From NCBI GenBank assembly GCA_905478465.1, contig CAJQIN010000002.1, forward strand, positions 24,312 to 88,311: a DNA stretch of 64,000 bases. Reading direction: 5' to 3'. This document shows, in pieces, positions 8,420 through 16,702 of the stretch (positions are counted from its first letter, which is position 1; every line of letters starts with the position of its first letter). A program made the position numbers and the translations under genes. The notes below the pieces were generated by a model. That model was not told where the DNA came from and made no database searches. It was given only the letters and a program-made list of their open reading frames with translations. This DNA is from Minisyncoccota bacterium. Lineage in GTDB: Bacteria > Patescibacteriota > Minisyncoccia > Phycocordibacterales > CAJQIN01.

Positions 8420-10045
8420 TCACGTTGTAGAAAGGGCTTTTTGCAGACGTGGGCAGTTCTCGTAAAAATGCCAGAAGTCAACGAGGTAGCTTTTCAGGCG
8501 GTTGAACGAATTGTTCGACAAGTCCACATCACAGGAACCAGACACTGATATTGCCTCAAATACGTTGTATATTGGCGATAGTTCAGCGGTTCCAAAGCCT
8601 GTTTTTAAATCATAAGCAGGACCCCTAGAGAAGACTAGCTTATAGGCTAGTCTTTTCTTTGCCAAATCATCAGAAAGCCAGAGTTTTTCAGGGTTTTTTA
8701 TTAGTTTCATCGTAGACGCCAAAGCGGTTCCAAAGGTTTTAGGATAAGTGTTATCTGACTTAACTTGTTTCTTTAGTTGTTTTATTTCTTTTTCTATATC
8801 TCCTATCCTCTGTTCATACGTCCCTATTACGGACTCATTCTTTGCATTAACTATACGGTCCAAAAAAGTTTTCTTCTCTTCCTCTAATTTTTCTATTTCT
8901 TTTTTACTCCCTTCTCCTTTTTTGAATAGCTTAACCATTCTCTTCTCCCACACATCCTTAATTATTTTTTCTGCAAGATTAACAATCTGTTCTTTTGGAT
9001 GATTCTCAGTGAGTAAATCCAAAAAATCACTGTGTATGTTTTCTATGGGGATACTCTTTCCATAATATGGCGACTCCTTTTTATTGAACCTATAATATGG
9101 GTGCTTTCCGTTCCTACCTGTAGTCCAGCTAGCAGTTAAAGGATGTCTAGTCACAGAATCCACGATGAAACCCCTAAGCGGAAAATCTTTTGTCATTCCT
9201 TGTTTTTGAGTAGCTGGGTACAAAGGTTTGTTTTCTAACTTTCTTTCAATTTTATCTAAAATATCTTCTGAAATTATTCCCTTGTGCTTCCCTTCTCTTC
9301 TTGCAACTTCCCAGTCTGGATACTCAATAAACCCAGCGTACAAAGAAGCCCTCTTTAATAACCGAGAAGCGGTATCGGCATATACTTTTTTGTCTTTGTA
9401 GAAACCATTCTCATCCAAAAACTTCCTAAGCTCTTCTTTGTTTGAGAATCTTCCAGAAGCAAAACCCTCAAGACCTTCCCTAATCACTGAAGCAATAGGT
9501 TCATTAGGATGAAGGACCCAAGTACCGTCGCTAAGGTTTTTTCTAACAAAACCAGGGACCTTTGAACTAAAACCCCAATAACCTCTTTCAAGTCTTGCTT
9601 TCGTCTTTTGCACAACCTGTCTTTTATTCTGGTTTCTCTCAAGCTCAGCTCCAGCAGCTAAAATTGTCTCTACGTAACGACCCTCTGGAGTATCGTCGAA
9701 GTTAAAGTTTAAACACTCTGGTGTTATATCTCTTGATTTAAAAGCACTCCTAAGTTTGAGATGAAATTCAACATCTCTTGCAAATCTCTTCAAGTCATCA
9801 AATACAACAATATATTTATTATGCGGTTTACTATCAACATAATTAATTAAAGCTGACATAGCGGGCCTTTTCATAAAATCACCTCCTCCAGTAAAACTGT
9901 CTAGAAAAACTTCTTCTACTTCATAACCTTTACTTCTGGCGTATTCCTTACAGCGTTGCGCTTGACTATCCAATCCATTCCCTTCTTTAGTCTGCCTATC
10001 GGAAGACACACGAGCATATATAATTGCTTTAAGTTTAATTTCCAT
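8420..10045 (-). CDS. Large serine recombinase 2
   Basis: YARVSS, DSFTGGGDFMKRPAM, FDDLKRFARDVEFHLKLR shared with recombinase 1; probable start MEIKLK at 10045 (track start 10075). Confidence 0.93.
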   Translation of the reverse strand: MEIKLKAIIYARVSSDRQTKEGNGLDSQAQRCKEYARSKGYEVEEVFLDSFTGGGDFMKRPAMSALINYVDSKPHNKYIVVFDDLKRFARDVEFHLKLRSAFKSRDITPECLNFNFDDTPEGRYVETILAAGAELERNQNKRQVVQKTKARLERGYWGFSSKVPGFVRKNLSDGTWVLHPNEPIASVIREGLEGFASGRFSNKEELRKFLDENGFYKDKKVYADTASRLLKRASLYAGFIEYPDWEVARREGKHKGIISEDILDKIERKLENKPLYPATQKQGMTKDFPLRGFIVDSVTRHPLTASWTTGRNGKHPYYRFNKKESPYYGKSIPIENIHSDFLDLLTENHPKEQIVNLAEKIIKDVWEKRMVKLFKKGEGSKKEIEKLEEEKKTFLDRIVNAKNESVIGTYEQRIGDIEKEIKQLKKQVKSDNTYPKTFGTALASTMKLIKNPEKLWLSDDLAKKRLAYKLVFSRGPAYDLKTGFGTAELSPIYNVFEAISVSGSCDVDLSNNSFNRLKSYLVDFWHFYENCPRLQKALSTT

Positions 10046-10184
10046 ATTCTTTATTATAACCTTCATAATGCTCATCTAAAACAACCTCAGCTAATGAATA
10101 TAGAGCATCTCTAAACATCTCCACCTCTTCATCAGAAATAGCCACATCAGCAAGATATTCTTTACATTCCTTAATAGGTATCAT
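10035..10184 (-). CDS. 49-aa acidic protein overlapping recombinase 2 start (below ORF-track cutoff)
   Basis: Manual translation MIPIKECKEYLADVAISDEEVEMFRDALYSLAEVVLDEHYEGYNKEYGN*. Confidence 0.7.
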   Translation of the reverse strand: MIPIKECKEYLADVAISDEEVEMFRDALYSLAEVVLDEHYEGYNKEYGN

Positions 10185-10220
10185 GTTTAGTAAAAACTCT
10201 TCATGTTAGTGATTTTTACC

Positions 10221-10442
10221 TCATTTTTTACGCCCCTCAAGAGACTTCGTAAGAGACATAAGATGCTTAATTAGTTTTTTTCTGTCTCCTTTATCATAGT
10301 CGTCACGATTAACTAATTTAGAGAAATTTTCTGTAATAGAATTGTAAGAAAAATTTCTACCATTAACAGCTGCTGCAAATGCCATATAGCTACTAATTGG
10401 TTCCTTGTAATACTTGTTAAACCTAGCCTTGATACTTCTCAT
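10221..10442 (-). CDS. Small basic hypothetical protein
   Basis: 73-aa ORF, first gene of the run leading to recombinase 2. Confidence 0.65.
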   Translation of the reverse strand: MRSIKARFNKYYKEPISSYMAFAAAVNGRNFSYNSITENFSKLVNRDDYDKGDRKKLIKHLMSLTKSLEGRKK

Positions 10443-10582
10443 GTTTGTTTTTAATTAAAAAATAAAAAAAGACGACAAATAGCAATAAAGCTATGTGTCG
10501 TCTTTTGTTAGATTTAACACAAGATGTCGTCTGACATCTAAATAAATATTCAGTTGTTACTTATTAATATACCACCTATACG
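10443..10582 (-). promoter_or_regulatory. Promoter and attenuator-like leader
   Basis: TGGTATATT extended -10; hairpin AAAAGACGACA/TGTCGTCTTTT with U tract; second AGACGACA copy upstream. Confidence 0.5.
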
Positions 10583-10662
10583 TCTGTAGAGCAAGTTTTT
10601 TCCAGAAAACAAACATCTTCTAACTTTTCATATCCTACATTTTCCAACATTTGACAGAAGTC

Positions 10663-11385
10663 TTATAGTTTAAATTTTTTATCATACTTTTTTGATATCC
10701 AAGACTCCCAATAGTCAATAAACTTAAATGGGTCTTTAGCATACTCCAAACTAGGGTCTGCCTGTATTTGCTCATCTATTTTTTCAAATCTAGGGTACAT
10801 AAAACTAGAGTTATATAGTTTGTATTCCGACAACAACTCGTCTGTTACATCTTTTAAGTTATTAGAAAAGTTAAATGAGCCAGAACTTTTCCACTGGTCA
10901 TATCTACGCCCCCACTCTGTGTTTATTCTATCTTCTAAATACACAGGCCTTTCGTCTGCGTAACCTGTCTTACCACTACCCTCTGACGAATCTAAGGAAG
11001 CCTTTTTTAATTCCCTAGAGCAAGAAGTTACTTCATCATTAAGATTGTTAATTTTAATTTTGTAAGTAGTCGCCAAAGTGCCCAGCTCTAATTTCAATTT
11101 TTTATTTTCCTCTTCTAAAAAACTCATCCGTTCAGCCACGACGGGGTCATTTATTATTTTTTCAATAAATACTTCTTTTACCACGACCTCTTTTGTGTCC
11201 TTATTCACAGAATCACCAACTTCCTTTTGAGCTAGGTTAGGTTGAGAATTATTTTCTAAATTTTCTGGTATCACAAGTGTGTCATTTTTTGAGTTGAACC
11301 AACTTGAGGGATTCCACCAACTAGCATACGTGACCAATGGAATGATTATGACCACCACTATAAGTATTTTGGATATATTTTTCAT
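10663..11385 (-). CDS. Secreted or anchored coiled-coil hypothetical protein
   Basis: Signal-like N-terminus followed by ASWWNPSSW. Confidence 0.75.
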   Translation of the reverse strand: MKNISKILIVVVIIIPLVTYASWWNPSSWFNSKNDTLVIPENLENNSQPNLAQKEVGDSVNKDTKEVVVKEVFIEKIINDPVVAERMSFLEEENKKLKLELGTLATTYKIKINNLNDEVTSCSRELKKASLDSSEGSGKTGYADERPVYLEDRINTEWGRRYDQWKSSGSFNFSNNLKDVTDELLSEYKLYNSSFMYPRFEKIDEQIQADPSLEYAKDPFKFIDYWESWISKKYDKKFKL

Positions 11386-11585
11386 ATTTGTTTGTAGCGT
11401 TTAAATAATAAGATACACAAAACCCGCCACTAGAAGCCCCTAAAGGCCTACACGAGTTTCCAAGTGCAACGCTACAAACGTCCCTAATGACGGGTTTTTT
11501 ATGTTTGTAGCGTTTTTTCAGACCATGCCTTATTTTATAGGTTTAGGTCACCATATTTAATTATTTAATTACAAGCTAAATAATA
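11386..11585 (-). promoter_or_regulatory. Structured leader RNA, copy B
   Basis: Same blocks as 5689-5893 (AGATAC, CCCGCCA, GAGTTTCC, AATGACGGGTTTTTTATGTT, GACCAT.CCTTAT on the + strand) with compensatory changes. Confidence 0.7.
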
Positions 11586-11611
11586 CATCACTTACAGGTA
11601 TTTTACACACC

Positions 11612-12307
11612 TTATTTTTCAATCTCTAACAAGCAATCGCTGGTCTGCTTACCCGTATCTGGGTTCACACATTTGTATGCAATAACTAACTCATCTATAG
11701 AGGAGTTTCTGTCAAGTGAGTTAACGTACGTAGTGAAAATAGTTTTGTTTGAAACATTTAAAAGTGCCACCCAGTCTGCAACCATAATTGGGTTACTTCT
11801 ATTCTTTGTCTCCCTGTAGACAATTTCACCTAGTGGAAAAAGTACCTCAGTATAATCTCCTGTATTATGATTAACGACAGCACCTTCTGACACCAAATGT
11901 CCACCAAACACACCAGGGCTCAAATAGAAATCCTCCCAATAATCAAGCGGCTTACCACTCTTTTGAACTCTAATATATAAGTACCCACAAGCAACTTTAG
12001 AGTTAGAGCCATACCGATTTACGACAACAGTTCTATCTTCGATAAAACCGTTATAAGCATTCACAAAAGTTCTATCTCCCAAAAGCTCAATAGAACTTTT
12101 ATCTTTTAAAGACTTGAAACTATCAAAATCTCTCGGACAACTAACGGTAGGATTTTCTATCTGCTTAATAACCTGATTAGCAACGTCCTTAAACTGGTCT
12201 TTACTAGGATTTACTTTCTCCGCAAGCCAAACAGAAAACACCACAAACAAAATAGACACCGCTATTAACAAAAATGCTTTAACAATACTTTTAAAATTAT
12301 TTTTCAT
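11612..12307 (-). CDS. Membrane-anchored hypothetical protein with extracellular cysteines
   Basis: N-terminal TM, four Cys; probable start MKNNFK at 12307. Confidence 0.7.
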   Translation of the reverse strand: MKNNFKSIVKAFLLIAVSILFVVFSVWLAEKVNPSKDQFKDVANQVIKQIENPTVSCPRDFDSFKSLKDKSSIELLGDRTFVNAYNGFIEDRTVVVNRYGSNSKVACGYLYIRVQKSGKPLDYWEDFYLSPGVFGGHLVSEGAVVNHNTGDYTEVLFPLGEIVYRETKNRSNPIMVADWVALLNVSNKTIFTTYVNSLDRNSSIDELVIAYKCVNPDTGKQTSDCLLEIEK

Positions 12308-12311
12308 TAGA

Positions 12312-12614
12312 TTAATTATTATTCCGTTCCTCAACAAGAATTTTAAACTCATATTTAATAAAGAATATGTATAAAACAGTTATTAGTATGCTAACAAAAA
12401 CTGGCAAGAGTAATGCATGAATTTTGTCTGGTATTTCTTCAAGCCAAAACGTTTTTACTGCCACCTTAATATCAGGCGCAAAGAAATTTGTTACCCCGAC
12501 AAACGTTACCATTAAAGACGCCAACAATGCTCCTGCCACAAAATTAAAAATCGTGGCAATAGTAACTAATATACAAGTAACTACTAAGATATTCCCTAAT
12601 TTAATAAAAAACAT
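12312..12614 (-). CDS. Small membrane protein
   Basis: 100 aa, mostly hydrophobic; abuts the next gene. Confidence 0.55.
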   Translation of the reverse strand: MFFIKLGNILVVTCILVTIATIFNFVAGALLASLMVTFVGVTNFFAPDIKVAVKTFWLEEIPDKIHALLLPVFVSILITVLYIFFIKYEFKILVEERNNN

Positions 12615-12784
12615 ATATTCTATAAATCAAATCTAACCTAATATACACTTAAAAACAAGGTCCTTAATTAATTACCACCAGGTGCTTACATGTGGTCAGA
12701 AATATGATTTTCAAGATATTCACCAAAATAAAATTAGTTATAACTCTTTTTTATTTCAAAATATTTTAAAACAGCATTTAAACC

Positions 12785-13249
12785 CTAAAGATTATTCTGA
12801 TAGTACTCATCTAGATATTTTTGTAACTTAAAATACCAAAGAGTAAAGCCTACTACGGTCAGTAAAAATCCTACCCACAACAGACTTTGTGCAAGAAACC
12901 TACCTTCCGTAACTTTAGAAAGTTTGGTTTTTGTAATTATAAAGTTTTCTTGAACTTCCTTAATTCTGTTTTCATATTTAATAACCCCACCCTTAAATAA
13001 AACTATATACTCAAGTTTTACTTGCTCACTTGAAACAAGAACTTCATCAAGAACCCCGTTAAGCTGTTCCCTGGTACTATTTACCTCCTGTGTTAATGTT
13101 TCAATTTCTAACTCATTAAAATATTCCTGTTGATAAATATCAAGCAAACTATTCGATGTTTGATAAAAGAGGATAGAACCTGTAACAAAAACAAGTAATC
13201 CCGCTATGGCGATAAATTTATAAAGATTGTCAGTAGGAATTTTAAGCAT
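12785..13249 (-). CDS. Two-TM hypothetical protein
   Basis: IPTDNLYKFIAIAG N-terminus, coiled middle, GFTLWYFKLQKYLD C-terminus. Confidence 0.7.
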   Translation of the reverse strand: MLKIPTDNLYKFIAIAGLLVFVTGSILFYQTSNSLLDIYQQEYFNELEIETLTQEVNSTREQLNGVLDEVLVSSEQVKLEYIVLFKGGVIKYENRIKEVQENFIITKTKLSKVTEGRFLAQSLLWVGFLLTVVGFTLWYFKLQKYLDEYYQNNL

Positions 13250-13343
13250 AAATTTAGTAAGTATCTAATAACTTATTTATATTTTACCTTAAATAACGTT
13301 CTATTACTCCTGCGTGTGTCTACTACCCAAATCATCTACCAAT

Positions 13344-13430
13344 TTAAACCATTTCTAAACCTATGGACATTTCTCCAATTTCTAATACCCAATCTTTTAT
13401 TAGGTTCCAATTTTTCGACAAGATGTCCAC
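13344..13430 (-). other. Detached recombinase C-terminal coding segment at the right att site
   Basis: Reads VDILSKNWNLIKDWVLEIGEMSIGLEMV* from the TCCAC core; aligns with the tail at 8420-8527. Confidence 0.7.
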
Positions 13431-13480
13431 CAAAAATACTAAACTTCCAAAAAATAACAGACAAAATACCTGTTGTTTTT
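13426..13480 (+). terminator. Displaced tmRNA 3' end (TCCACCA) and terminator
   Basis: TCCACCA at 13426-13432; AAAAATAACAG/CTGTTGTTTTT hairpin at 13450-13480. Confidence 0.65.
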
Positions 13481-13598
13481 ACATTTTATAAAAACACCAC
13501 TTACCTCTCTTTGTCTAAACCCAGACTTGACAACTAACCCATAAGAGACGAATATACGAAACAAACCCTAGAACCTTCACATAGAAAAGGAGATACCA

Positions 13599-14159
13599 TT
13601 GAGATTAATTAACGGCATACCAAAAGGAGCTCTTTTGGAATTAGCAGTCCTTGGAAAGGCGTGTTCTATACACAACGAAGAACCATTATTCACAGGTGAC
13701 TACCGAAAATTTGAAGATTGTATACGGATAGCTAAAAAAGTCGCCCGGCAAGATGGCTGGAATGCTCACAAACCAGATGAAAAACTTCTTATCAGTCATC
13801 TTCTATCGGAAATAAGACAGATACTCAGGAATATAAACAAAAAAAATATTACAGTGTCTGTATTTTTAGCAACAAACACTCCATTAGATTTATTACACTC
13901 TGTAGATGGATTCTTCACGGCAAAATTCAGTAGCAAAACTCAGAAGAGTACGCACGAGGCTAGATTTTATTTTGATCTGAGTCTAAATCCAGAAAAAAAA
14001 CACAAAAAAGGAGTAGATATCTTTCGAGAAGATGATTTTTACAAACCTAAATTAAAAAATACTGCCAAACGAGTAACAAGAGTTCTTCAAAAACAACTAC
14101 AATCCATCCCACTTGTTACAAAAAACAAGAAGAAAATAAAAGGAGCTTCATATGTCTAA
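13599..14159 (+). CDS. Hypothetical basic protein
   Basis: 186 aa, TTG start with AAGGAG and upstream TTGACA. Confidence 0.7.
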   Translation: MRLINGIPKGALLELAVLGKACSIHNEEPLFTGDYRKFEDCIRIAKKVARQDGWNAHKPDEKLLISHLLSEIRQILRNINKKNITVSVFLATNTPLDLLHSVDGFFTAKFSSKTQKSTHEARFYFDLSLNPEKKHKKGVDIFREDDFYKPKLKNTAKRVTRVLQKQLQSIPLVTKNKKKIKGASYV

Positions 14160-14289
14160 TTATAAACCTGGACAAAAACCTATAATCACCTGTCCTGAGC
14201 GTAAGTACAAGTACTACCAAGGTACCCCTGTTCATGATAAAAATTGTCCTCGATTAAAAAAACCTAACGAGACAAAAACAAAAAACTGA
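14152..14289 (+). CDS. 45-aa basic peptide (below track cutoff)
   Basis: AGGAG then ATG; MSNYKPGQKPIITCPERKYKYYQGTPVHDKNCPRLKKPNETKTKN*; hairpin at about 14327-14363 follows. Confidence 0.5.
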   Translation: MSNYKPGQKPIITCPERKYKYYQGTPVHDKNCPRLKKPNETKTKN

Positions 14290-14457
14290 GTTCGAAATAA
14301 AATTATCTCAACACAAAACAATTTAAAACTCCCTTGGACCAAAACGCGTGGTCCTTGGGAGTTATTTTTAATCATATAAAACTTGACTTTTTATTTCTTT
14401 AGTGTATACTTCTTACTAGAGTTTAATTGTTTAAACATTTTCATTGGAGGAAAATTC

Positions 14458-14580
14458 ATGTTTTCAGTAACCTTTCAAAGTGGCTTTTACTCGGCCCATG
14501 GTCCGTCTGGGGAAATCCTCGGACAGGGCAGTACGCCCACAGAAGCCTGCCAACAGGCTGAAATTACGTTGTTGAGATAA
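14458..14580 (+). CDS. 40-aa hypothetical peptide
   Basis: TTGACT (14383) and TATACT (14405) promoter, GGAGG, ATG at 14458, hairpin at 14606-14631. Confidence 0.55.
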   Translation: MFSVTFQSGFYSAHGPSGEILGQGSTPTEACQQAEITLLR

Positions 14581-14647
14581 AAATCTCCAACAACACAAAA
14601 ACCCATACCCTACAACATTGTTGTAGGGTATATTTTTATACCAAAAT

Positions 14648-14734
14648 CTAGCTATGCAGTGCCAATGCTAAAAAAGCTAATGCAACTCCACCAATAACAA
14701 CAAGTGCTGCCCAAACAATTCTTTGTTTACTCAT
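14648..14734 (-). CDS. 28-aa single-TM peptide
   Basis: MSKQRIVWAALVVIGGVALAFLALALHS*; TGTATAAT just upstream. Confidence 0.45.
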   Translation of the reverse strand: MSKQRIVWAALVVIGGVALAFLALALHS

Positions 14735-14796
14735 ATATCTTTATTATACATCAGCTATTTTTATTTGCAGACTTCTACACACATGCTATACTTTAT

Positions 14797-15111
14797 ATGA
14801 ACGATTGTTCACACATTCATATGACTATCGATCAAAAAAAAGCAATACGCATAGCGTCAACATTGAAGGTTCTAGCGGACCCCATGAGATTACGTATCAT
14901 CAGCCTTCTTCTTTCAAAAGAAGCTGGTTCTTGTGTTGGAGACATAGCAAAAGAAGTGAGACTCTCACCTTCTGCTACCTCACATCAGCTGGCCAAACTT
15001 GAAGACAAGGGTATTGTCACAAGTACCAGAGATGGACAAATGATATGCTACCGTCTCGTTGACTGCCATGCTGTACAGGATATTATTAATGTTATTAATC
15101 ATTTTAATTAA
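14797..15111 (+). CDS. ArsR/SmtB-family regulator
   Basis: LKVLADPMRLRII, CVGDIA, SATSHQLAKL; start 14797 or 14821. Confidence 0.9.
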   Translation: MNDCSHIHMTIDQKKAIRIASTLKVLADPMRLRIISLLLSKEAGSCVGDIAKEVRLSPSATSHQLAKLEDKGIVTSTRDGQMICYRLVDCHAVQDIINVINHFN

Positions 15112-15116
15112 AAGAT

Positions 15117-15353
15117 ATGAAAAATATTACAATCTACTCAACACCTACCTGTCATTACTGTCACTTAGTAAAAGACTTTCTAACCGAAAACAATGTAACT
15201 TTTACTGACTACAACGTTGCAGAAGATGCAGACAAACGACAAGAAATGCTAGACAAAACAGGACAAATGGGAGTACCTGTTGTTGATATCGAAGGAGAAA
15301 TAATGGTTGGATTTAACGAAGAGAAGCTTCGAGAAGTTCTAAACATTAAATAA
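15117..15353 (+). CDS. Glutaredoxin-like protein (NrdH/YruB type)
   Basis: YSTPTCHYC, GQMGVPV, GFN motifs. Confidence 0.92.
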   Translation: MKNITIYSTPTCHYCHLVKDFLTENNVTFTDYNVAEDADKRQEMLDKTGQMGVPVVDIEGEIMVGFNEEKLREVLNIK

Positions 15354-15358
15354 AACAT

Positions 15359-15748
15359 ATGGATATAATCTTTATCATAGGAAGAATCATGTTTGGAATG
15401 ATTTTTCTTCTATCTGGAGTAAATCACTTCACCAAACTTGAGAATCTGACAAGTTATGCGGCTTCTAAAAAAGTTCCTGCACCAAAATTAGCAACAATAG
15501 GAACAGGTATCCTTTTGATACTTGGTTCTCTTGGTATTATTTTTGGAGTGTACGTTACATTCGCTCTCTGGGCACTTGTACTATTTCTTGTACCTACAGC
15601 ACTAATGATGCACACATTCTGGAAAGAAACTGACCCTCAAACAAAACAAATGGAAATGATAGCTTTTTTGAAAGATATCTCTTTGGCTGGAGCAGCTCTG
15701 ATGCTTCTTTCAATCCCCCTCCCATGGACGCTTAATGGACTAGTATAA
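15359..15748 (+). CDS. DoxX-family membrane protein
   Basis: GRIMFG, HTFW, FLKDISLAGAAL. Confidence 0.88.
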   Translation: MDIIFIIGRIMFGMIFLLSGVNHFTKLENLTSYAASKKVPAPKLATIGTGILLILGSLGIIFGVYVTFALWALVLFLVPTALMMHTFWKETDPQTKQMEMIAFLKDISLAGAALMLLSIPLPWTLNGLV

Positions 15749-15842
15749 GAAAAATACACAATACTAAAAAACAAAAAATGCACGTATGTGCATTTTTTGT
15801 TAGTTTTATTTGAATCAGAACTCTGTTAAGGTAACTACTATT

Positions 15843-16697
15843 ATGAAAATAGCTATATTTACCAACAAAACATTTACTGAACTAGAGGAACTTAAATCCA
15901 TAGCAGAAAAACGTGGGCATATTTTAGATTTTATAAAAATACCCAATATTGAAATTACTAGTTTTTCCGATCAAAACGAAATCAAAAAATTGTTTTCCTA
16001 TGATGTTGTACATTATAGAACCGGAATGAACATAGATTGCGCTAACATTCTAGGTAAAATTCTAAAAGAAAAAAATGTTACTTTTATAAACGAAGCTTTT
16101 TACACCCACCCTCTTTTTATAAATAAAATATTTCAAACAGTGTGTTGTTCAGAGGCAGGCATATTATGCCCTAAGACTTTTACAGCAAAAAACCCTAACT
16201 ACCAAGAAATTTCTAAGCTTTTGGGTAAGAAATTTATTATGAAAAATTCACGAGGATGTCAGGGTAAACATGTATACCTCATATCCAACAAAAATGATTT
16301 GCAAGAATCTTTGGAAGTAGAAAATAACAATATCTTATTTCAAGAACTTATTCCCAATACTGGAGATTTTAGAATTCATACTTTTGGAAATACGGTGGCC
16401 ACTATATATAAACGCATACCTTCAAATGGTGATTTCAGAGCAAACTTTTCTCTAGGTGGCTCTATGCAAAACGTTGAAAAAGGTGATTTATACAATGAGT
16501 TATCTAAAATAGCAAATAAAGCCACCCAAGTTCTTAACTTACAAATATCAGGAATTGACATCATTCAATCTAAGAAAAATGGAAAATTATACTTTATTGA
16601 ATCAAACGAAAATCCAGGCTGGAAACAGGTCCAAGAAATAACAGGTACTGACATATCTGAAGCAACGATAAATTACTATGAGTCCACTTGTCTATAG
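15843..16697 (+). CDS. RimK-family ATP-grasp ligase
   Basis: NKIFQ, FQELI, DFRI, FRANFSLGG, GIDII, ESNENPG; start MKIAIF at 15843. Confidence 0.88.
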   Translation: MKIAIFTNKTFTELEELKSIAEKRGHILDFIKIPNIEITSFSDQNEIKKLFSYDVVHYRTGMNIDCANILGKILKEKNVTFINEAFYTHPLFINKIFQTVCCSEAGILCPKTFTAKNPNYQEISKLLGKKFIMKNSRGCQGKHVYLISNKNDLQESLEVENNNILFQELIPNTGDFRIHTFGNTVATIYKRIPSNGDFRANFSLGGSMQNVEKGDLYNELSKIANKATQVLNLQISGIDIIQSKKNGKLYFIESNENPGWKQVQEITGTDISEATINYYESTCL

Positions 16698-16702
16698 ACT
16701 AT

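Larger units (their letters stand above)
2757..8527. mobile_element. Integrative mini-island 1 (about 5.8 kb) at tmRNA 3' end
   Basis: Bounded by TCCACATC at 2757-2764 and 8523-8530, each at the same codon position (D-V) of a recombinase C-terminus. Confidence 0.8.
8523..13430. mobile_element. Integrative mini-island 2 (about 4.9 kb), tandem with island 1
   Basis: TCCAC cores at 8523-8527 and 13426-13430; the latter continues as TCCACCA plus terminator; joined ends give GATGT-CC-ACATC. Confidence 0.78.

Noticed and set aside
8493-8508. 14/16 complementarity between leader RNA copy A (TTCAGGGCGTTGAACG) and the recombinase tail region near the att core, suggesting an RNA guide or antisense link
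   Set aside because: Copy B shows no comparable match to its own att region, and a rough estimate puts such a match near chance for a 200-nt query against several kb
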